Assembly: GCA_963666345.1 (NCBI GenBank)
Contig: OY762721.1
Location: 3,648,001-3,712,000 of the forward strand
DNA from: Desulfatiglandales bacterium
GTDB lineage: Bacteria; Desulfobacterota; DSM-4660; Desulfatiglandales; Desulfatiglandaceae
Direction: 5' to 3'
Length of the DNA stretch: 64,000 nucleotides
Shown here: positions 29,319 through 37,561 of the stretch, in pieces
How positions within the stretch are numbered: position 1 is the first letter of the stretch
Layout: each line of letters opens with the position of its first letter
Position numbers and translations under genes: made by a program
The notes under the pieces: model-generated
Told to the model about the DNA's origin: nothing
What the model saw: only the letters and a program-made list of their open reading frames with translations
Database searches by the model: none

Positions 29319-29578
29319 GGTATGGGAGGAAAACGAGTATAGAGTATGTGAGATTTCTCTATATTGCATATGGTTCAGTCTGTGAATCGGAAATTCGGGC
29401 CATGATATCAGCTGAATTGGGTTATTTGAAAGAAGTAAGGCTTCAGGAATTAAGGGGGAAAATCGGGGATGTCGAGACAATGCTCAAAGCGTTGATCAAA
29501 TCCCCGGAAAGAAAACCCTCGAATCCTTGACTCCTGGAACCCTTGGACCCTTTCTCCCAACTAATTGGGAGAAGAACC
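29319..29578 (+). pseudogene. 5'-truncated four-helix-bundle gene with its 3' repeat array
   Basis: Near-identical to the 3' half of 21958-22359 (RFLYIAYGSVCE...RLQELRGKIGDVETMLKA), in the opposite orientation. Confidence 0.85.
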
Positions 29579-29616
29579 GCATTTTTAACCGGCAGAAAGG
29601 GAGGTAAACAGGATCG

Positions 29617-31017
29617 ATGAAAGACATGAGAGATTTTATCCAAGAGGCGGAAGCCCGGGGCCTGCTCCACAGGATAAAGGCCGAGGTGGACTGGAACCTT
29701 GAGCTGTCCCATATCGCAAAACTTAACGAGGAAAACCAGGGACCGGCACTGCTTTTCGAAAACGTCAAGGATTACGACTCCCCAGTCATCACGAGCGTGT
29801 GCACCACCACCGAAAGACTTGCCCTCATAATGGGCATGCCGGGGGAATCGTCCTTGGTGGACATCATGAGGATGTGGGTGGAGAAAAATGAAGACAGGAT
29901 TCCCCCCAGATATGTGGACAATGCGCCGTGCAAGGAAAACATCATGATGGGTGATGATGTGGATCTTTTCAGGTTTCCCGCGCCCAAGTTTTATCCGATG
30001 GACGGCGGGCGTTTTTTCGGTACCGCCCATTTCGTGGTCACAAAAGACCCTGATACCGGGTGGGTCAACCTTGGCACATACAGGCTCCAGCTCCTGGACA
30101 AAAATCATCTCGGAACCCAGTTCATAAAGGGAAAGCATGCGGATATCATGCTCAAGAAATACCAGAAGCTGAAGGAGCCGATGCCTGTTGCGGTAGTGGT
30201 GGGATGCGACCCGATACTCTTTCTGATGGGGGCCTCAAGGCTCTCGGCCTTTGAAAGTGAATATGATTTCGCAGGCTCCATAAGGGGTGAGGCAATAGAT
30301 GTAATAAAGGCTGAGACAAACGACCTGCCGGTTCCGGCCACGGCCGAGATCGTGGTGGAAGGGGAGGTGGACGCGGACACATTCATGGACGAAGGCCCGT
30401 TCGGCGAGTACACAGGCTACTATTCAGGTGTGGGGACCGACCCGAGAAATTTCATAGACGTAAAGTGCGTGACCCACAGGACAAATCCCGTGTTCTGGTC
30501 CACCACGGTGGGACGCGCGGTGACGGACACCCACATGACCATGGCGCTTACCTACGGCGCGACCCTGTGGCAGCAGCTTGTCGCCATGAAAATCCCCGGC
30601 ATAAAGGCGGTCTACTGCCCGCCCGAGGGCTCGGGACGCTTTCTTGCCATAATTTCCATGACCCAGATGTATCCGGGACACGCGGATCAGGTCCTTACCG
30701 CCGCCATATCGACCGAGATGGGCGCCTACGGCCTCAAGACCGTTATCGTGGTGGATGATGATATCGACCCGTGGGATATATCAAGGGTCATGTATGCGCT
30801 CAGCTTCAGGTTTCAGCCTAACAGGAGTCAGGTAATAAAAAGAGGGAGGTCCACCCCGCTTGATCCTTCTCTTCCCTTAAACGCAAGGGAGATCACAGGC
30901 AGGCTCCTGCTGGACGCCACCATACCGTATGACTGGAAGGAAAAGCCGATCCCTATTGAGCTTGATCCGGAGCTGGTGGAAAAGATAAAGGGCCGATGGT
31001 CTGAACTGGGGTTTTAG
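29617..31017 (+). CDS. ppcB: UbiD-family (prFMN) carboxylase, phenylphosphate carboxylase beta subunit-like
   Basis: EVDWNLELSH, GPALLFE, NLGTYR, EGPFGEYTGYY, YPGH, IKRGRSTPLDP, DATIPYDWK. Collinear with PpcB as recalled. Confidence 0.88.
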   Translation: MKDMRDFIQEAEARGLLHRIKAEVDWNLELSHIAKLNEENQGPALLFENVKDYDSPVITSVCTTTERLALIMGMPGESSLVDIMRMWVEKNEDRIPPRYVDNAPCKENIMMGDDVDLFRFPAPKFYPMDGGRFFGTAHFVVTKDPDTGWVNLGTYRLQLLDKNHLGTQFIKGKHADIMLKKYQKLKEPMPVAVVVGCDPILFLMGASRLSAFESEYDFAGSIRGEAIDVIKAETNDLPVPATAEIVVEGEVDADTFMDEGPFGEYTGYYSGVGTDPRNFIDVKCVTHRTNPVFWSTTVGRAVTDTHMTMALTYGATLWQQLVAMKIPGIKAVYCPPEGSGRFLAIISMTQMYPGHADQVLTAAISTEMGAYGLKTVIVVDDDIDPWDISRVMYALSFRFQPNRSQVIKRGRSTPLDPSLPLNAREITGRLLLDATIPYDWKEKPIPIELDPELVEKIKGRWSELGF

Positions 31018-31034
31018 ACAGGGGGAGAATCGAT

Positions 31035-32696
31035 ATGAAGCCTATCCGCTATGATCCGGAAGAGATAGAGAAAAATTTGAGGGAGGGTTTCTGGGATAAG
31101 ACCATCCTGCCCGACTTTTGGGAGAAAAACGCCAGGCTGTGGCCTGACAGGGAGGCCCTTGTCGATTCCCTCGGATCCAGGCTGACCTGGGCCGAGGCCG
31201 CGCAGAGGATCGACAGGATCGCGTTCGGGCTTATAAAGGAGGCGGGTGTTAAGAGGGATGACAGGCTCATGGTGCAGCTTCCTAACTGCGTGGAGCAGGT
31301 CCTTGTTCGCCTTGCCTGTGAAAAGGCGGGGGTCCTTTCCATACCCGAGATGACCACCTTCAGGCAGACGGAGCTTGCGGACATCGCAAAAAGGACGGAC
31401 GCGGCGGGCATGGTAATTGCCAGGAGCTACAGAAACTTCGACCACCATGAAATGGCAAGGGAACTTCAGGCTCAGCTGCCGGGACTCAGGCACATCATAG
31501 TGGCGGGGGACGACGTGCCTCAAGGCTGCATCTCGTTGAACGAGATCATGGCTCACCCATATGAGAAGGAGTTCGACATCCTGGAGCTTATCGCCAGGAA
31601 GCTTGACGCGGTGGAAGAGGTGGGCTTTCTTATCACGACCACCGGCACCACAGGCCTTCCGAAGCTTATCGAGCACAGGATAGCGGCGCGCGAGATCTGG
31701 ACCGCAAGATCGCATGTGAAAAACTGGAAGCTCGGCCCTGATGACTGCGTGATCGCCATCGCCCCGCTCGCAGGGGCCGCCGGGGGCACGCCCGCCTATG
31801 TTACGGCACCGGTGGGGGGAGCCAAAATCGCCCTTGAATACCAGTACAGGGGAGAGGAAACGCTCGCCTTCATGGAACAGGAGCGGGTCACGGTGATCGC
31901 CCTTGTGCCGACCCAGCTCGCAAGGCTGCTGGAACTTCCCACCGGCAAATATGACCTTTCATCTTTAAGGATAATAAAGACCGCCGGAGGGTACCTGCCG
32001 CCCCCGCTTGCAAAGGAGGCCCAGGAGAGGTTCAACTGCCCCATCCTCGGGACATACGGCACGCAGGATACAGGTTCCATATCAGGGGTGCCGATCGACG
32101 CACCCGAGGACCTGAGAAACTTCACCGTTGGAAGGCTTCATCCGGGAATAGAGATAAAGATACTGGATGATGAGGGAAACCGGGTTGAAAAAGGGGGCGT
32201 GGGCACCCTATGGTTCAAGGGGCCGGGAAATTCGATCGGTTATTACAGGGATATAGATAAAACCATGAACGAGGCCTTTGACAGGGACGGTTTTGCCACG
32301 CCCGGAGACCTTGTGGAGCTTATGGATGACGGTTATATCAAGATCATGGGCAGGAAGAAGAACATCATCATAAGGGGCGGGCAGAACATATATCCAAGGG
32401 AGATAGAGGACTATCTGCTGGCGCACGAAAAGGTCACTAACGCGGCCGTCGTTCCCATGCCTGATCCTCAGATGGGTGAGAGGGCGTGCGCCTTTGTCAC
32501 GGTCAAAAAGGGAGAGATGTTCCAATTCGAGGAGATGATCGCATATCTCAAGGAAAAGAAGATCGCTCCCTTTAAGCTGCCTGAAAGGCTCGAGGTACTC
32601 GACGCCCTTCCCCTGGTCGGGGAAAGCGGCAAGATAAACAACAAGGAAATGGTCAGGATCATAACCGAGAAGCTTAAGGAGGAGGGGAAGATCTAA
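31035..32696 (+). CDS. Aryl/acyl-CoA ligase (AMP-binding)
   Basis: TTTGTTGLPK, YGTQD, GDL, GRKKNIIIRGGQNI, KLPERL, GKI. Confidence 0.92.
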   Translation: MKPIRYDPEEIEKNLREGFWDKTILPDFWEKNARLWPDREALVDSLGSRLTWAEAAQRIDRIAFGLIKEAGVKRDDRLMVQLPNCVEQVLVRLACEKAGVLSIPEMTTFRQTELADIAKRTDAAGMVIARSYRNFDHHEMARELQAQLPGLRHIIVAGDDVPQGCISLNEIMAHPYEKEFDILELIARKLDAVEEVGFLITTTGTTGLPKLIEHRIAAREIWTARSHVKNWKLGPDDCVIAIAPLAGAAGGTPAYVTAPVGGAKIALEYQYRGEETLAFMEQERVTVIALVPTQLARLLELPTGKYDLSSLRIIKTAGGYLPPPLAKEAQERFNCPILGTYGTQDTGSISGVPIDAPEDLRNFTVGRLHPGIEIKILDDEGNRVEKGGVGTLWFKGPGNSIGYYRDIDKTMNEAFDRDGFATPGDLVELMDDGYIKIMGRKKNIIIRGGQNIYPREIEDYLLAHEKVTNAAVVPMPDPQMGERACAFVTVKKGEMFQFEEMIAYLKEKKIAPFKLPERLEVLDALPLVGESGKINNKEMVRIITEKLKEEGKI

Positions 32697-32732
32697 CGGC
32701 CTCCCCGGTTCGGGAATATAGCCGTGGTGTAG

Positions 32733-32835
32733 GGTTATATGTTATAGGTTATTTGAAAATGAGTGAACAGAAGCCTTGTCTTCGGCTGCGTACTCTAGTT
32801 TTCCGGCAATCTTTCTAACCAATAACGAACAACCA
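32733..32835. repeat. Opposed 7-mer arrays (GTTATAT GTTATAG GTTATTT ... CTAACCA ATAACGA ACAACCA)
   Basis: Three 7-nt units on each side, roughly reverse-complementary, around a ~60 nt spacer. Confidence 0.5.
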
Positions 32836-32912
32836 GATGCCTAACCAGTGTGCCATTTTAAGGAAACGTGGGCAAACGAGTGGTTGCTCCATGCCAGGAA
32901 GGAATCCCCCCC

Positions 32913-33509
32913 ATGACCCATGACGGCAAAAGGCCCCTGATCCTCTTTGTATGCTGCGGAAACAGGGAAAGGAGCGTGATAGCGGAAAACCTTTTTAAAA
33001 AGATGCTGAAAAAGGGATATCCTGATTTATCAGACCGGGTGGATGCGGCCTCAGCCGGCATATTCCCCAGGTCATATTTAGAGCATGCAGGGGAAAACGG
33101 GGTCTTTTTCGAAGAACCTTTTTTTTCAAAAAAGGCCAATACCTATGCCGTGGATTACCTCCTGAAAAAGGGGATAGACGTAGCATCATACAGGTCAAGG
33201 CGGATTAACTCAGGTCTTGTCACAGATGCCCTTCTCATACTTGCCGTAGATCGGGTGATAAGGGATGAGATCCTTTTCTTTTATCCGGAGGTCCAAGGCA
33301 GGGTCCATACCCTCAGGGAGTTCGTGTTCGGCCCGGAAGGGGACCTCGATATAGGTGATCCCATGAAACTGCCCGTTGTTGATAAGGACACCGGCGCCTG
33401 GATATGGCCTGACGAATACCCCGTGAGGTATATAAAGGAGATCGAGGAGAGCCTTGAAAAGGGAATGGTCAAGATAGTGGCTTACATAATGAGCGAGGGG
33501 ATGGATTAG
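32913..33509 (+). CDS. Low-molecular-weight phosphatase (LMW-PTP/ArsC fold)
   Basis: ILFVCCGNRERS (CX5R P-loop), SAG, DIGDP general-acid motif. Confidence 0.85.
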   Translation: MTHDGKRPLILFVCCGNRERSVIAENLFKKMLKKGYPDLSDRVDAASAGIFPRSYLEHAGENGVFFEEPFFSKKANTYAVDYLLKKGIDVASYRSRRINSGLVTDALLILAVDRVIRDEILFFYPEVQGRVHTLREFVFGPEGDLDIGDPMKLPVVDKDTGAWIWPDEYPVRYIKEIEESLEKGMVKIVAYIMSEGMD

Positions 33510-33510
33510 A

Positions 33511-34749
33511 TTGAATAGAACAAAGGGTGCGATCATAGTTCTGGTAATGGCTGAGGAAAAATGGGTGGAGGCGAATTTTTTCCGTGCTCAAATTACCTCT
33601 CTCGGCCACAGGGCCGAGATCCTTGATATGGGCCTTACCGGAGGGCCTGCCGGGCCCTGCGCTATCGGACGGGAGGAGGTGATAGCGGCAGGCGGCACAG
33701 GCGTGGACGAGGCCTCTCTTATAACGGACAGGGGCAAGAGGATGCCCCTTATGATAAAGGGGGGGAGAAAAAAGGTAAAAGAGCTTTACGAACAGGGAAT
33801 GCTCACAGGGGTCGTGAGCCTTGGGGGGACCACGGGGACCCAGATGGGGACCTCCATCATGAAGGCGCTTCCATTCGGCGTTCCCAAGCTCGCGGTGTCA
33901 AGCACGGCATCGCTTAAGGGGTTCGCCTCAAGATACCTCGGTACATCGGATGTCTCGCTCATGCACACGGTGGTCGAGATCGCGGGGCTTAACCGGTTCA
34001 TGAAAAACGCGCTTGCACGCGCGGCAGGGGCCGTGTGCGGCATGGTGGAGGGGGGGCTCAGGGAGCCTGTCGCGCCGGAACAGGGGGGTGTGAGTCCGGT
34101 TGTAGCCATGACCCACTTCGGGCCGTGCGAACATTGCGCGGTAAGGGTTCGAAATCTACTTGAGGAGCGCGGTTACCAGGTGGTGGGTTTTTCCGCTGCC
34201 GGTATCGGGGATCGGGCCATGGAGGAGATAATCGAATCGGGCGGCGTCTTTTCTGCGGTCATAGATCTTGCCACGGGCGGGGTGGGTGAGGAACTGCTGG
34301 GATTTGCCAGGGCAGCGGGGGCCTCAAGGCTTGAGGCGGCGGGAAAAAAGGGGATACCGCAGGTGATTGCCACAAGCGGGGTCAATTTCGGCTCCCCCTG
34401 GAAGTACAGGTACAAGCCTGAATATGAGTCAAGAAAAAAAATTGAGTATGACAGAGCCCGCACCTTTATAAGGCTCTCGCAAGACGAGTTGGTCCGGGTG
34501 GCGACCGTCATGGCGGAAAAGTTGAACCGCGCAGCGGGTCCGGTGAGGGTGGTAATCCCGCTTGGCGGGTGGTCATCCGTTGATAAGAAGGGAAGCTTCT
34601 TTTATGATGGTGAGGCGGATCAGGTATTTGTCGAGACGCTGGAAAGGGAATTGCGGGACGATATCGAGGTCAGGGAAGTGGACGCGGACCTTGAGACGGA
34701 TGAATTCGCAAAGGTTATCGTGGATTCGTTTCTGGAAATTATTTCGTAG
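33511..34749 (+). CDS. Second Tm-1-like ATP-binding domain protein (UPF0261)
   Basis: GGTTGT, LPFGVPKL.VSS, HTVVEIAGLN, GIGDRAME, PLGGWS. Confidence 0.88.
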   Translation: MNRTKGAIIVLVMAEEKWVEANFFRAQITSLGHRAEILDMGLTGGPAGPCAIGREEVIAAGGTGVDEASLITDRGKRMPLMIKGGRKKVKELYEQGMLTGVVSLGGTTGTQMGTSIMKALPFGVPKLAVSSTASLKGFASRYLGTSDVSLMHTVVEIAGLNRFMKNALARAAGAVCGMVEGGLREPVAPEQGGVSPVVAMTHFGPCEHCAVRVRNLLEERGYQVVGFSAAGIGDRAMEEIIESGGVFSAVIDLATGGVGEELLGFARAAGASRLEAAGKKGIPQVIATSGVNFGSPWKYRYKPEYESRKKIEYDRARTFIRLSQDELVRVATVMAEKLNRAAGPVRVVIPLGGWSSVDKKGSFFYDGEADQVFVETLERELRDDIEVREVDADLETDEFAKVIVDSFLEIIS

Positions 34750-34794
34750 AGAGAATCAGGTGCCGGTTGCCTGATAAACGCGCGGGGGCCTTAC

Positions 34795-35178
34795 ATGGAA
34801 TACAGGTTCATGACGCATGAGGGGTGCTATGATCTTGTGGCGAACGCAAGACTGGTGGGAGACGATCTGCTGGTTGCCATATGGGGCGGAGACAGGCCCC
34901 ATATCGGCGCTGTATCCATGGCCCAGCCCAGGGCAAGCCTCAGGGACCCTTCAAAGCTGAGTGCTACTGCTTCCGTGTTCACGTATGTGGGGCACAAGGA
35001 GGACATTCTCGCAAAACCCGCTTCAGAGACCCTGGCCTCCGCCCTGAACAAGAAGGTGGTGGTAACGGCAGGTATCCACTGGGATGATATGGAAGAAAAG
35101 GGCATTAAAAGGGTGATAAAAAACTGTGAGATTCTGATCGGGATGATTGTAAAGGAGTTTTCATCTTCAAAAAGCTGA
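34795..35178 (+). CDS. lpdD: Prenylated-FMN chaperone LpdD-like protein
   Basis: GDDLLV.I.GG..PHIGAV, GHKED, VVVTAGIH; directly upstream of ubiX. Confidence 0.7.
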   Translation: MEYRFMTHEGCYDLVANARLVGDDLLVAIWGGDRPHIGAVSMAQPRASLRDPSKLSATASVFTYVGHKEDILAKPASETLASALNKKVVVTAGIHWDDMEEKGIKRVIKNCEILIGMIVKEFSSSKS

Positions 35179-35207
35179 CTCTGTCAGGCGTGGGGGATGG
35201 TTCTAAA

Positions 35208-35780
35208 ATGAAAAAAAGACTCATTATCGCGATAACCGGCGCAAGCGGTGTGATTTACGGTGTGAGGATGCTCGAACTGATAAGGGAACACGGCTTTGAG
35301 ACGCATCTTATAATATCAGAGGCGGGCAAGAAGAATATCGAGATCGAGACAGGCTTTAAGCTCAGGGATATAAAGGCGCTTGCCGATTACAGCCATGAAA
35401 ACATGGACGTGGGGGCCCCGCTTGCAAGCGGCTCGTTTCTGACGGGGGGTATGGTGGTGGTGCCCTGTACCATCAAGACCCTGTCAGGGATTACCAATTC
35501 CTACAACGACAACCTGATCGTGAGGGCGGCAGACGTCACGTTAAAGGAGGGGCGCAAGCTGGTGCTGGTTGTAAGGGAGACCCCTCTTCACAAGGGGCAT
35601 CTGAGACTCATGACCATGGCGGCCGATGTGGGCGCCCACATACTTCCCCCGGTCCCATCCTTTTATAACAAGCCTGAAACCATCGACGACATAATCAATC
35701 AGACCATAGGAAAGATCTTCGACTACCTGGGCGTGGAGCACGATCTGTTTGCCCGCTGGGGAAGATATGACTCATGCTGA
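35208..35780 (+). CDS. ubiX: Flavin prenyltransferase
   Basis: ITGASG, ASGSF, RAADVTLKEGRKLVLVVRETP, PPVPSFY. Confidence 0.96.
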   Translation: MKKRLIIAITGASGVIYGVRMLELIREHGFETHLIISEAGKKNIEIETGFKLRDIKALADYSHENMDVGAPLASGSFLTGGMVVVPCTIKTLSGITNSYNDNLIVRAADVTLKEGRKLVLVVRETPLHKGHLRLMTMAADVGAHILPPVPSFYNKPETIDDIINQTIGKIFDYLGVEHDLFARWGRYDSC

Positions 35781-35794
35781 ATAAATGCTGATAG

Positions 35795-36106
35795 TCATAA
35801 AAACAGACTTGCAATGGATGGGACCCGCTCGGCAATTTTGACCGCTATTTGACCGAGCTTTTCTATCTGCGCCTTGAGTTGTGCCTGAGACAGGTTGACC
35901 CTTGAGGCCTCCTTTACAACGGTGATGAGTTCATCATATTTTTCAAGGTCCGTGGTATCCGGCGTGATTGTGTCCACCTCGGCACGCGAGAGACCTTCCA
36001 GTTCGTTAAGCTGATCCTTGTATATCCCCTTAAATACCTCCCGTCCCTTTTCAAGGGTTTCTTCAAGGTCCGCCTCAAATCCTTCAAGATCAAAATCATC
36101 CGACAT
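35795..36106 (-). CDS. Hypothetical acidic alpha-helical protein
   Basis: 103 aa ORF starting 3 nt after the upstream lipoprotein gene; RBS GGAGG. Confidence 0.7.
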   Translation of the reverse strand: MSDDFDLEGFEADLEETLEKGREVFKGIYKDQLNELEGLSRAEVDTITPDTTDLEKYDELITVVKEASRVNLSQAQLKAQIEKLGQIAVKIAERVPSIASLFL

Positions 36107-36109
36107 CTC

Positions 36110-36859
36110 TTATCCCTCCTTATTGCCTTTGCCGATATTATCCTTAAGTTCGTTTATTGCCGACTTTAGATCAATGGCAAACTCCTCCGCCTTTTTGATC
36201 TTGTCATCGGCCTTCTCGGCCGTCTCAACAAGGGTTCCGATCCTCTCGGATGCCCGGGCCAGCGTGTCGCCGATATCCTTTCCGAGGTCTCGTTCAACCC
36301 CGATCTTATCCAGCAGTTCTGCCTGTGTCTCATGCACCTTTGCAACAGAGGAAAGATGACCGGTCACAATCGAATTGGCATAATGAATCTGCTGGTAGGC
36401 CCGGTCTATGGAGCCTGTCACCTCTTTTTCCTGCGCCTTGAGCGGGTCGAGCAGCTCACTGCGCATCGCCTCCACATCTTGTCTGATCTTGCCCACCATT
36501 ATAGCCATGCCCTTTAGGACATTTTCCTGAAGTTTCGGGGAGGCATCCGGCTTGAATGCAGCGTTTATCGCAAGAAGTAGAGACCTCTTCCTTTCCTTTT
36601 CCTTCGAACTTCTTGCCAGTTCCCACTGGCGGTTCATGGCGTTTCCGATCTGAAAGGGTGCGTAAACGTCGTCTATGAAGCGGTTCACGTCACGCCTCAT
36701 CCTTGTGAAAAATAACTGTGCAAGCTCTCGATGTGCCTTGTAAACCACCGTAAGGTCCCGGCCGACCGTTGCTGAAAGCTCAACCGACTCCTTGGGAACC
36801 TGGGCGCATGAGCAGAAAATGAGGAAGGATATAAAAATGAATATCGACCTGCGTGGCAT
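36110..36859 (-). CDS. Putative coiled-coil lipoprotein
   Basis: Signal peptide with lipobox-like FCSC, helical body, RBS GGAGG. Confidence 0.7.
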   Translation of the reverse strand: MPRRSIFIFISFLIFCSCAQVPKESVELSATVGRDLTVVYKAHRELAQLFFTRMRRDVNRFIDDVYAPFQIGNAMNRQWELARSSKEKERKRSLLLAINAAFKPDASPKLQENVLKGMAIMVGKIRQDVEAMRSELLDPLKAQEKEVTGSIDRAYQQIHYANSIVTGHLSSVAKVHETQAELLDKIGVERDLGKDIGDTLARASERIGTLVETAEKADDKIKKAEEFAIDLKSAINELKDNIGKGNKEG

Positions 36860-36925
36860 CTCAATTCCTCCTTTTGTGGTGCTTCAAAAGTTGTGTTCAA
36901 CTGTTAGGCATGATCGGGTAAAATC

Positions 36926-37336
36926 CTATTTGTGCGCGAATGCCCATGAAAAAGAGATGCCGAATTCTTCCTTTCCGCCCACCCTGACCGCCGTTAGAAA
37001 GGCGGAGGCCAACCACTTTTTCATGCCCGCCTTGGTGACAAGGTCGCTGTAGAACTTGGCGTCCACACGCTTTTTTTCAGGGTCATTGCCCGGGTCCCCG
37101 TAGGCGTAACAGAGGTCATGGGGCAGGCAGCATTTATAGGTGATATCCTTCCAGTCACAGCCGGTAAAAAGACCCATTACCCTGTCGGGAAGCATGGAGC
37201 AGCCATCAAAGGTCCAGTCTTTGTAGTCGTCCGGTTTCGATTCGATCCTGTCAACCAGGTAATCGAGATCAAAATGGCGGCACAGCTCAAGTGCCGCGCG
37301 AGCGTTCATGACCTCTCCTATTTCAGGCAGATCCAT
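36926..37336 (-). CDS. Phospholipase A2-like protein
   Basis: DGCS..CCLPHDLCYAYG..D matches the PLA2 CCxxHDxCY signature. Confidence 0.65.
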   Translation of the reverse strand: MDLPEIGEVMNARAALELCRHFDLDYLVDRIESKPDDYKDWTFDGCSMLPDRVMGLFTGCDWKDITYKCCLPHDLCYAYGDPGNDPEKKRVDAKFYSDLVTKAGMKKWLASAFLTAVRVGGKEEFGISFSWAFAHK

Positions 37337-37561
37337 TTTCCCTCCTCTTGTTTCAATAGCTTTTCAGCATGTCCGTTACCAGAACCAGGTTTGCCCTGGC
37401 AGCCATCTGAAATCGGTAACGGTCTGTCTTTTCAAACCCTGTTTCAGACTCAAGGTGGCGGCTTTCATTATCCCTGCTCGCTGCGGTCTGTTTGCAATGG
37501 CGTATGTCACATAAAAGTGAAAGTCCTTTTCCATCTCCAGCTCATTTCCGCCTCAGGGCCT

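Noticed and set aside
21958..29578. Diversity-generating retroelement (Avd-like fold plus two similar repeats)
   Set aside because: No reverse transcriptase is present, and the differences between the copies are not confined to adenines.
21958..29578. Composite transposon or invertible segment bounded by the inverted four-helix copies
   Set aside because: There is no recombinase, the copies are diverged, and ppsAB inside remain co-oriented with ppcB outside.
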